From NCBI GenBank assembly GCA_976226885.1, contig OZ320313.1, positions 58,032,001-58,096,000 on the forward strand: a stretch of 64,000 nt of DNA, written 5' to 3'. Numbering within the stretch: the stretch's first letter is position 1; each line of letters begins with the position of its first letter. Below are positions 40,127 to 51,960 of this stretch, piece after piece. This DNA is from Iphione sp. A-MEVVRFRX5. Its lineage: Eukaryota. Both the position numbers and the translations under genes were made by a program. The notes below the pieces were generated by a model that worked only from the letters and a program-made list of their open reading frames with translations, was not told where the DNA came from and made no database searches.

Positions 40127-42463
40127 ATAGATAGATATGCATGCAAATGCAAACATAAAAAGACGGGAAGGCGACTGGGGATATAAACATAAAAGCACAC
40201 GTCGTGTAAGTCTGACAATTGTGGCAAAACTTCTGATATAGATCAGACCGTTTTATATAAACACTTAAGTCTCACTATGTTTGCCAACCATCGGCCTTGT
40301 CCTCGCGTCATGACCCGCGGCCTGTCGCTGCCCCCTCATTGGCTGTGTCTGTGGGGTCCTAAAACCACTGCGCCCCCAAGCGACACAGCTAGATACATCA
40401 CGATGTGACAGCAGCCGCAGCCCCAACCAACCCACTCGGCCCGATCGCTTTCTCCACCAATAGGTTTGTCTTCTGGCTGACTGAACCGCTGCTGCCTATA
40501 TGAATGAAAGGTGGCGCAGGCAGTGTGTGCCTCCCTTAAACGGATTAGGGGATTCTTTTAATTCGTTGCGGTCGTCCATTGTAAGCCATAGATGGGGCAA
40601 TGGACCACGTCGCAAATGGTGGGAATTTAACCCAACCTGACACTCATCCCGTCACTGAGGCCGACGCCCTGCTAGATAACGGTGCCAGTGGTCATCAAGC
40701 GTTGACTACTCATGCCATGAGGTGAGCTTCAAGAGGAGAGCCCCTGGGCAAAGATTGAGGACTAGAGAGGATACAGTCAAGTTGGCCATCGTCCCGGACC
40801 TTGGCCGCGGCCGGCCTTGCTCGCTCAATCTTCATCCGGCAATCATCGATTAGTGTTAAGCGCCGAAGCAGCCGTCTTATCTGCCTGCCACAAATTCTCA
40901 CAAAGCCGCGCTAATCAATTACCGTAGACAAAACCCACTCACCCTTGGCGCTGCCCCCGAGGCTGGCCGCTGGTGGCGCTATAATGTCAGACTGCTTTTA
41001 GGAAGTGCCATATGTTGTGCTTTCTCGATCTCCTGACCTGCTGGCACGAAGATCTAGCCACAGAAACATCCGCCATGTATGAATTCTGAGGAAGTCTCCC
41101 TAACTTCATAATCTCCGCTTTCTACCTCGTTGTCCTCACCTAAATTTGAGGTCTGCCGAAAAATATTAATAGGAGAATAACAGGAGAATAAGAAAGACTT
41201 GGCTGGTAGAAATAGGGTAAGCCAGCTGTTCTTTGAATCTACACAAGCACAATACCCTTTGCCATTGAAGGATCCTGACATTATTCCCGTTGGAATTTAT
41301 GGCGCCATTGGCTCTGCTTTTTACACATTTAAAGGTCATTCCCGATCTTTAATTAGCGTCAAATAGGTTTCCAGGTCTCATGGTCAAATTACACTCTTGC
41401 TACATTTTAGAGCTATTCCATCATGGCATACGCGTTAGGTGCCTTTCACTCTAAAGAGCCCAGGTACAATATATACATATACAATACGTATAATTATATA
41501 ATATACAAATTTACATATGCACGAACAGGTACATGTAAGTCTGACTGGCACCTATGACAGAATTCCCGTATGTAAGGCCTTTCCCTTTTCTTTATGAGAC
41601 AGTTGAAATGTGAACTTCCAATACTCTGAGAGTTTCGTTCCCCTTTCCTCCAGCCCTCTTGTACACCTCTCCAACCAAGACTGCGAAGTCTACTCGGTCG
41701 GAGGTGACTAGGTTTATTGACAGTCTTCATCCTCTTCCATCTCCGTCGTCTCGCCCCCCTGTATATGTAGCCTGTGGTTACGGCGCGTTCTGTACTATCG
41801 ACACCATCCCACCACCGACGGGTCGCTCGGGAGCCAAGCCCGCAGCTGCGGATCGACGTCAGTTAACGGCTAGCTTCTGACACTGATTGTTTCGTGCGAT
41901 CCACCCGTAAATCTGTCCGCCGAGAGTCAACAAACACAACAGAGCATTTGCCGTTCGGCCTATCAGCACTGTACACGTGACCTAGTCTGAAAATTACACT
42001 TAGGCAGCGGCTAGGTCGACTATCAGTCTTAGGGCCCCGGGAAAAATAGAAATAGAAAGAAATACGGCAACGAGGTCGGGTTTTTACTACAGAGTCTCTC
42101 AGGGGGTAAGGTCATGCCTCAGGCTGATTACTTTTCTGTTCGTGAACAGAGGAATTATTTCGATTACAGGCTGTTACTCTTAACTCCTTTTGAACAGGGC
42201 TAGGACAATCGTTAGCCTTCACAGAGTAGGCCTATCGTGCTTGGCTTAAAGCCTCTCTCAATGAAAAGTGCACAAGATAAAGAAAGCGCCATTTGAAACG
42301 ATGCGGAAAATTCTATTCCATATTTGAGATAATGTCTTCAAAAGGATCCCTTTTACATTACAAAATCTGTAAAAGGAATCCCAAGCTTATTCTGAAGGAT
42401 TGCTAATCAAGCAAACTGATCTGTACTAACACAAGAGTGGGGCCCTGCCAGCCCTTCTGTGCC

Positions 42464-42590
42464 TTGCCATCAAGTGACCATTGCATGTTTATTTCCTCAT
42501 TTTGTTCTTGAAATGAATTTAAATCATACCAAAGTAAGCCAGAAACGAGTGCAGTGTATAACTGTTGTCCCCTGCCATCAAGTGGCCATT
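42464..42590 (-). promoter_or_regulatory. Two tandem CTCF-like motifs about 108 bp apart
   Basis: The minus strand reads TGGCCACTTGATGGCAG and TGGTCACTTGATGGCA, close to CCACTAGATGGCA. Confidence 0.3.
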
Positions 42591-44995
42591 TTATCCTTGA
42601 TTGCACCTCTCTTAGTTAGACTGCTACAAGATGGTGCTGGTAGAAAGGGTGTGTTGGTGGGGGTGTATGCATGTATGTCAGTGCATTGTCCTAAAAACTG
42701 ACCTAAAAATTCTCAAACAAGATATGTATATTTGTGAAAAAAATGAACAAAAAAGTAAATTGACATAATTTCATCTTTAGTGTCCTTGAATTACTACAAG
42801 AATGTGCTATGGGTCCATGTACATAAATATCATATATCAAAGTCAGTTCATTTGACTGAAAAGCTTTATAGTTATAAGACCCACAAGACTGTGATGGAAG
42901 GTTGGATAGTCAGACAGCAGCATTGCAATAAAGATAATGAGTGATAAACATTAATGCATACCTTCTACAATATATTTATATGCATCAGAATAAATTCAAT
43001 TTCAAGCAATATTTTAACATCTATATTGCGTGATGGAAAGAGGGAATAAAATAAAGTAGCAATACAGTAGAATTTACATGAGAATTGAAATGTTTATAGG
43101 ATCGAGGGGCGAGATGGAGGTAGGTCATATTATTTATAGATATGTAATTGTTTTACATGAAAACTACCAGTTTATCTGTAATTGACACGTATGCAACAAT
43201 AAGAAACATCTGTTCTAACGAGTGATGAATGTTAACAGATCAACTTGCAATGGCGGTATGCCTTTACACCGGTAGTTTTGGATAAGTCAGCTTCAAGGTG
43301 TTCAATGTGTGAAACATACATAATTGAATTGAATTAGGGCATGGTAGTTAGCTTACTATCACGCAATATGTACCTTTATTCCATGTTTAAACCGCACACA
43401 GGTATTTATACTACCCAATCGCAGCTTTGCATTTTGCCATGTTCTACGCAACAAATGTTAAGCAATCATTTTTCACAAGAAAGACTCCACAAGGCGTGTT
43501 AAAACCACTGTGAGAATGCCTATAAAATATAGTCATTCTGTCATACAGTGCTTGATCTGCATTTTGTGGTGTATGAAAGAATAAATCGTATGAATCTTCA
43601 AAAATGACTACCAATCTCTAGACTTTGGTGTGGTGTTAATTTGCCGTGTCGTACTGACCTAAGTGTAAGGGCACTATTTGATGGAGCGTGATTCTTTGAA
43701 CAAAGGATTGCATGGAATTCAAATATCAGCCTACCATATATTTACAAGTGTGCTAATGAATAACATATGATTCATTTCACCTGTATTATGTAATTGATGT
43801 TTTCTATTGTAAATTGCACTGACAAGATGTCTCAGACCTTTTAAAAGACAGTTTAGTGTGAATGACCACATTTCACTGGGAATACATGGTCAAACTGAGA
43901 ACCGGCACAAGCCATACATTGCCTTCAGCTCGCCTGTGACACCGAAATTCATGCTGCTCTTCGCTCTCCTGATTCATCTAAGATTCTTGGTGTTTATTCA
44001 GGAGGACGAACAGCTTCGTTTCGAGATTGGATTACTATGGATTCCCAAACAAATAGACATTAATTAAGATGCCATGGCGCCAGCTCAGACGGCAATGCCA
44101 AGCAGCAAAACGATGGCTTGGCATTTCAAGTCAGGACGGAACAAAACGCCGTCAATATTAAACGTCATTCATTTTCAATTTTAATAAGCGAAACCCAAAC
44201 GAACGTTTCAACGGGCAGAAGCCACCGACAATGGGTCCTTGATAGTAAATGCTCTTTAGTGTAGAGAGTCGATAGTTGGTTTAACAGGATGATTTCTACC
44301 ACGGGGTATTTTTAGGCCGGCGCAAGTGTGTTTGTCATAGAAAGTCCGCCATGTCAGTTCCAGGGACGGACGATGAAATGTGATGGCGACACTGCCGTAA
44401 GGGCAACCATTCTACCATACATGTTATTGCCGATAAGACCGCCAAGCGCTTTTTTAGACTAGTTGACTGAGAGGCATCTATAAACATGGGAATTTATATG
44501 TCCTGTAACTACACTATTCTCTACAACAATGCTAGTGTCCCCAAGAGCACAGGTGCCTGTCAATACACTTGCTCCTGTCAGCATATCTGTGTACAGTAGT
44601 TACCAGTTTCTGTAACTACATTAGTGACACTCAATATGTACTGGTAGTGTCTGGCAGTAGGACAGGACCGGTGAGAACATCGAGGTCTATACCAGTGTCT
44701 GTCAGTGTGTCCGGATTTGTCAGGAAATTAAAGTCTATACCAGTATCTGTCAGTATGTCAGGATCTTTACCAGTGTATGTTTGTGCACTGACGCCAAGGT
44801 TAAGCCCCTGCCCACCTGCCCAATAGCGTCAATCAGTATGCAAGCGTTCTTCACTGCGCCAGTGTCTATCTGGACACCGGTGTCTTTCATTGCATGGCTG
44901 TCTAACTGTACCTCAATATCAGCCAATATACCTGTGTCTGTCATTAAACTAATGTCTACCAGTGCACAAATATCTGCTTTAATGGCAGTACTAAC

Positions 44996-45149
44996 CTTGA
45001 CCGTCATCCGTGACGGGAGTAAATGGGGTCCTTTGTTGCACTCTCCAGTACCACCAAATAAGGCCTGCCATCAGCGACAAGAATACGACGGCAGAAATGA
45101 CGGCTGCAGTTGCTATGGTAACTGTGCTGCTAGAGGGCTCCTTGTAGTC
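44996..45149 (-). CDS. Transmembrane exon of a single-pass (type I-like) membrane protein
   Basis: Acceptor TTTTACATATTGCAG and donor AAG|GTTAGT. Encodes DYKEPSSSTVTIATAAVISAVVFLSLMAGLIWWYWRVQQRTPFTPVTDDGQ: S/T stalk, about 22-residue hydrophobic helix, aromatic belt and basic stop-transfer residues. Confidence 0.65.
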
Positions 45150-48100
45150 CTGCAATATGTAAAACATTCGTTTGCATGAGACATTCCAAGAAATTAATGA
45201 AATTCTTTTATCAACGTCTTCTGGGGTTTCGATGCATCCCACAGAATCAAATGTATATGATATATGGTAAGATTATACCTGACTTCGAATACATCGTTTT
45301 CCTTCACCCGTATGGCATACCCTTGATAAGAGGTATCAGGGTATAATCTTAATAGGCTTGGGATACTGCGTGTATCACATGCACAATGAAAATAATGACA
45401 ACGCTGCAACTACTTTAATTGCGAACTGAGAAAACAATACGTGTACTTCATGTGTATCAGGATGAGCAAAGTGAAAAAAGTTGTCCCATTACGAACCGAC
45501 TTTTTCTACATAATAGTCCTCCTGTTGTCGTGTATAGACTTTCCTACCGCCTGTCACCTATGATGCCAACAGCGTCCCTTTTTACGTTACCAGTTTGCTT
45601 TGCCTAGGATAAATATAAGAATGTATACCTGGTAGTACAGTTATCACTGCAGTGCTTCATTGCAGATGACGAGTGACCAAAATAGAAGCTATGGGGTGCG
45701 CGGCTTGTGTTGAAGATGGCAATACTTAGCTGATGGCAGACGTTTATTGGTAGTATTACAGAAACTTGCATCTGACCATTAAGGGGCTGTTTGCATGTAC
45801 ATATAAGATTTTTGGATGAAAAATATGTTTACAGGTCTGGAGGCGTAGGAAACCTCCTGCTGTGGTGTATTTAATTGCTATCATATGTTAACCGGATATC
45901 TCTTTACTATTGCTTCCTATGGACTGCACATCTGTAGCCATAGAAAATCTATCCCCGAGGGATTTGTCATTCACATCTACATTTCCATAGACAGAGAAAA
46001 ATATTGATACAGCCACGTGTGAAGGGTTTACTTGATTATCATTATTGAACGTGTATTTTCCTACGTCTATACGGATCCATAAACAGTGAACATTATGGAT
46101 ACATGTGAATACCGCCTTACACATATATACGTCTGACAGAGCATGATTCGTCGCTGACTGACCTTCTTCAGGAACAAGCAATAGTTACGTCTGTATATTG
46201 CTGCTATTCTATTGATTGTTCTCTTACCCTAGAAAGAGGTTATTTGGATATTTTGCAGTGTCATGTTTGGTCCTTTCCTGTAGCAGACTGTGACTTTGTG
46301 TATCTATCACCACCTGTGTGGTATCTCGAGCGATGCAAGCAGGACAACACAAAGTGTCAAAATAAGAGCTACTGTTTGTATGATTCTACAGCATATTTGA
46401 ACAAGGGTTATTGGCGAATATACCGACAACAATATATTTAACGGTAATAGGCAGAAATCACCATGTGGTCTGCAACGCAGATCAATGTAGCTTTATTTAA
46501 CACATGTGCGTGATTTCACAGCGACTGGATAAGTAAAATTCTAGAGCACTGCAATCACAGTTGGCAGCCATGATACATCACGGGAATCTATTCATACAGA
46601 CGACAAAACTCCCATATTCTTCCTTTGTTGTCTTGTTGACGAACTACAGGAACCACACAAGCCGTATTTATCAGGAATTATATTTATGAGAGACATGCGC
46701 ATATTCATGTACCCCTATGCTACCCGGTCACATAGATGATTTGAGGATCAGTAATACTGGTATTAACTTTGTGTCTGCATGACGGCTTCCGCACCACTTA
46801 GTAGCATTCAAACTCTGCGTCAGATCTCCTGTGAACTATATCCACAAGGCCGGTCAAAAGGCCAGCTTCCATCAATAAATAGTACCTGATAAATTGTTAC
46901 CTGGTGCGCGTAAAATGAACCTGCTAGGACAAATTCAGGGTCGCCCCAAATACATCGTAATGGACGTCGCCAAACGCCGTAATGTATCTATTTCTGCGAC
47001 GGGCGTGACGTAAGTATCAATATATACTTCAAACGATAGCACAGCCACCTATCAGACCCTGTGTTGGTCGTCTACAGTAGTGACATGTGCGACAATGTGT
47101 CAAAGAACGCATGCAATGCGATGTAGTGAGTGTATATTGAAATGATATAAGGCAAGAGGAAATCTGGTTATTGCTTGTCTAATACCCACGCTTAGCGCAC
47201 TTCCCTTCCTTTGTCTTCTTTTCAACGATTACAGCAAATTGAAATATACGCCTCCTCTGGCGTAACAGTATAGATCTGATTTATTAGTCTCTCGTAATGA
47301 TCAACTTATTATCCAGAAAAGGCTTGCATACAAAAGGCGTCAATTCACAAATAATCGATAGTTCGGACAGATTATGTTTTATTAGACATTATAAATATGC
47401 TGACCTTGGAACATCTGCATGAGACGTAGAGATATACTCTGAACAGAATGAATTGTTTTTGTGTTGGTGAAGCTTGGAAATCATTTTTCTAATGTGCAAA
47501 AATATTACCTTTATCTTAACGACAAGAGTTTACATGAAAAGAACCGCAAGACTTTTATTGGTTTGAATAAGAAGGTCCGGAACATTGCCAGTCCTACACT
47601 TTACTATTTAAACAAATGCCTCAGATGAATATACGATATGACGGTTTCTATATGACTGACAAAAAGGCAATGCTTGGATGCGTGGCTGTCACCTCGTCCT
47701 TCATCCTAAAAAGTTATACATTTCAATTAAAACATATTTCTTTGGATTCTTCGAATCCAGATTCTCGATAACATCATTCAGATCAGCCTAGAAAATTTGT
47801 AAAAAAACAAACAGAAAAACACCTTTTTTTTACAGCAAAAAGCAACTAGCTTGTCTGCTGTCAAATGTTTCTTTCTCGGCAGGCAACAAGATTGTAGGAA
47901 TTAAGACAGACATGTTCTGTTCACCTTTCCTTTCACCTGAGCTAAACACAAACAGAAAACACTCAATCTGAACGTCGACATGATGTCAGTGCTAGTCATT
48001 AGTGACGTCATTAACCCCATCCAACCAGAGTTTTTATGACCTCAACAGCAGAGTAAGGCACTTACGGTGACATCTCATGCAGTATAAACTTGCTGTGCAC

Positions 48101-48184
48101 CTTTCAGTATAGTCGAAAAACTTCCTATTCGAACACAACACAGGCAGGGATGCCCATATCAAAGAAGGTCGCTTGACAAATTAC

Positions 48185-48490
48185 CCAAAACCATTGTTAA
48201 AGAAGCTGGCAAGAGAAATGCGATCAAATTCGTGGGTATGATATGGCTCTACTTCATCAGGCATGTACGCTCTGTTGGTGTAGAAGGAGAGGGCAGCATC
48301 AAGTAAAAAGACGCTTGTCCGGAAGAAACTGCCATGGCTGAAGAATGATGTCTCAGAAGCAGAACATAATAGGAAGCAGCCATTGTGATCAATGTCGTCT
48401 GCAAACAGATCTTCTGACGAGTCACGTGCCTTTTTGGCAGGAGACTCAGAACGCCAATTGAATTGCGTCGTTAGCAACGGAAGTCGAAGA
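48185..48490 (-). CDS. Candidate 306-bp symmetric (phase 2-2) exon, possibly the same gene as the TM exon
   Basis: Very long polypyrimidine acceptor with a branch-like GCTCAC, donor GG|GTAATT and 102 open codons. No domain recognised; could be UTR. Confidence 0.35.
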
Positions 48491-48606
48491 CTAAGAATGC
48501 AGAGACAATGAAAAAGAGATAAAGAAAAGAGAAAAAAGTGAGCATAAGTTAAACAAAAAATGATCCGGCGCACTGTGCGAGCGGGAGTTAAAGGCGATAA
48601 GATGAC

Positions 48607-48643
48607 ACGCCCCCTGGCGCCCTAGTTTGGCGCCGCCTGGTGG
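48607..48643 (-). promoter_or_regulatory. Two tandem CTCF-like motifs in a GC-rich patch
   Basis: The minus strand reads CCACCAGGCGGCGC (48630-48643) and GCGCCAGGGGGCGT (48607-48620). Confidence 0.4.
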
Positions 48644-50716
48644 GGAATCAATGTGGCAGCGCTATCTCCGACCCACCGGCTGACGGTGTTTGCCTTTTGT
48701 GAACAGCAAAGATATCGACAGGAACAGAGTGTCACGTCCGATGGCATCGACCGGTGTAATATCAGCGAGGCAACAGGCAGGATGCTGAAGGTTGCTGCAT
48801 GTCGAGGCTGTTACGGGGACGGTTCGCGTGGCAGTTAGGACCACAAGTCCCCCGGGGCTTTGTTCTTTGGGTTGAGGTCTGGGAGTGTAAAATGCGTCCT
48901 AGTCGTTAGTCAATGAAAGTGTCCGCAAATGTTGAGCTTTAAGAATGGCGAGTCGCTGGCAAAGTATAATGGCTGCGCTTCTGGATGGGAAGATGTACTC
49001 GAAGATGATGTTTAGCGGTAACTGGTCAAGCTACTTGCACAGACTAAGTGTCATGGATTATAGAGGGTTAAGGAACGACGGCGTGCACAGTGTGTGGCTA
49101 AAATTAAGTAGTCGTCTTTACAAAAATAAGTTTGTCACCGACAAAATTTAGCAACAATTGACGCGAAAAACCAATTCAATAGTAAGTAAGGACACTGTAA
49201 AACTGCGTACGACAGTACAGGGATCGTAAGAGAAATTAATTCAGTAATTACGAATATATATATATAAATCCAAGAATATCTGTATAAAAATTCAACCATC
49301 AATTTTCGTGGAACCTACTCAACAGATCCTTAGCTATGATGCGTAGAAAGTGTTTATTACAGGTTGACTGCTTCTGATCTATCCTATAATTTCCTAGATA
49401 GAGATGTTTAACGAAGTTGCTCCCAAAGAGCATGCTTGGAAAGGGTTAAATGTGTCTAGCATATGTATTAGCCGAGGCACTGTGGACACTGTCTACATCG
49501 TTGCACTGGGAGGAAATTGATGACTGGCTTATTTCCTATTCTTCACTGACTGTCAAGCAAAATGCTAACGGGAGCTGCATGCCGTCCAGGAAAAGTAACA
49601 TAAAATGGCTATATCCTATCTGTAAGAGTGAAAACATCCAATGGCTTTTACCCGTACAGTAAACATGTACATAGATTGCGAGTAGTATAGGAAAACTGTA
49701 ACCTGCACCAGGGAATTCGTTCCCGTGATCATTCAGGTCTTCAAACGTAAGGATTCTAGGATAATAACAGTACTTGCCGACAAATAAACACGTCGATTAA
49801 TCAGCGAACGTCTCGATTAACGTATTATTCAATCATTCCCCATTCATCATGAATCAATTGCAATGAAGCTGTCTCCCTAAATGTAGTAGTGAAACAAAGA
49901 GCTACAGTAAAACAAAAGTAAGAATAAGGATCAAAATCGAAGATCGATGCAAAAGATTGTTCATGTACTTTTTCCAGGATATCTTTCCAATTATTCTGAT
50001 ACTTCATTTGGTACTGCCAACGGTAATAGATCTGACGTGAAAGTAATAGTGCATCCAGTATATCAACTATTGTCTTGCAGGGCTTGATGAGCTTTTGATG
50101 AACATTTGGGACTGCCTTCATAAAAAATGTGGCGTAATATGTGTTAGATTTCATGTCTCTCAATTTTATTATATATTAAAGGCACATTGCATTGTTCAGG
50201 GAGTATGCACGTCCTCCTTTATTAGATGATTTCACTGCGATATTCAAATGTATCTGAAACAACTCAATGTATATGACGCCCATGGTGATCTAGCGCTACC
50301 TACATAGGCTTTGATATCTGTCTGCTTTCTGTATAAAACAGTTGACAAAATACCTTGAAGGCAGTGACGACTTATTCCTCCTTGAAATGTCTTAAAGATC
50401 ATTTCCTATGATGGTCACTTACAACCTTTCGGGCGCATTTATTTACATTCATATTTGCCTCATCCTGACTCTAGGCTATAGCGATTTCGGAGAGGATAGA
50501 TGGTTAGCCATTTAGAAGTAATGCATTCAGCTCAATATATTTAGAATACTAGGAAAAGTACATCGTTGTGATATCTAAACACAAAATGTTTACAAATGTC
50601 GGCAGCAGCGAGAATTAAGATTATTTTTCTAATACAATATTTTCATATAAATGTATATTGACATTTCGTAGACAAATTCTGTATACAAACACCCGAGTTG
50701 TTTATAATGTAATTAA

Positions 50717-51087
50717 CCATTCGCCCTTTTACGTTATTACGACGCAAAATGAACTCAAACAATCATTGCAACTGGTAGAGAGACTACGACAGTCTCAGGT
50801 CAGACTACGACAGCTTCCACATGGTCCTGCTTAAATATCAAGATAGGGGGTGTCTTTCCAACTCCCAAGCACCTACTTGTACTTGTCTGATCATAACAAA
50901 ACTTATATCAAATGAAAGCTAAGACCCTAAGCAAGAAAATGAGCCATAGCATGGCTTTCTAGTGTCATTACAAGCGATGGTAGAGCCATGTAAAGTTCTG
51001 TGTCATTTGGCGCCCATTCAGTACTCTCCCGCGTAAAAACGGTAAACAACGTCATTTTACCGCAAAATGACGTAAAATGGCGAACGG
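50717..51087. mobile_element. piggyBac-type MITE, 371 bp
   Basis: TTAA|CCATTCGCCCTTTTACGTTATT...AATGACGTAAAATGGCGAACGG|TTAA: imperfect TIR (19 of the first 22 bases match), CC...GG termini and a TTAA duplication. Confidence 0.8.
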
Positions 51088-51739
51088 TTAATTACATTCT
51101 GATATTTATTGCAATTTGCCATTCTTTGCTGACTATGTCATATTGTCTTACATTGTGTAAATATTATGTGCTATGTCCTGGCCCTATTCTAGCCAGGCGA
51201 TATAAAAGTATAAAAGCCTAAAGTCCGAACTGGGGAATGTATATTTTGTAGGAACAAATTCGCATCCACGAAAGGCCTTGTATCACACAGACGTAATATA
51301 CATTAATAGATCTCTCACGGAGGCAAGACTGAAATAATATACTTAAATACAGTTTTTCTACTACTACCACCTCTTAAATATGGTCTCCACAGCCCAATCC
51401 TAATCTGACGATGTCCTCCTCTTATCGCAGTCGGCTAGTTTAAGACAATGAGGGGCAATTCCATTGGCGCCCAAGTGTTTTTGGGTCCCACTCCCACCCC
51501 GTACCCTTGGGACGGAAGCAATCAATATCTCTGCGTTATCGTCGGAAATACGTTATCGTCGCACTATAACGAGCACCAATAGAACAGCCTCCTTGCACAT
51601 ACACACCACGTCTGACTGGAAGGACCTAATACTCATTTATGAGACTGATTTTATCCTAATATTGAGGTGAAGCAGGAAATTCCTGCCCCGCCTTACTCTA
51701 ATTTGTATAAAGTAAAAAGCGGAGGTTGCCAAGGAAGCC

Positions 51740-51960
51740 TGTGGTACTTGGTATTGCCGCTGCAGCTTGGGTTGACATTCTTCATCAGGGACTAGATGGT
51801 AGGTAATTTGTTGTGGGCAGTGGGAAGTCTCTGCAGAGGCGTGGTGGTATACTGCCTTTTAACAGTTCTACAACCTTCCTTTCTCGCCCTTTGCCAGTCT
51901 AGGATTCTGTACTACTGTGTATTTAACTTCCCTGATGTCCTTTACGTGTCAGACAACTTG
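51740..51960 (-). mobile_element. Possible Penelope-like element remnant (GIY-YIG C-terminus)
   Basis: ES*TGKGRERKVVELLKGSIPPRLCRDFPLP resembles E...RK.KEAL.I...P.LNRD, followed by CCCTGATGAAG as seen at PLE ends. Short and degenerate. Confidence 0.35.

Noticed and set aside
46900-47010. TAFGDVHYDVFG resembling a VWD-domain GDPHY motif
   Set aside because: In-frame stop ten codons later and no further domain similarity.
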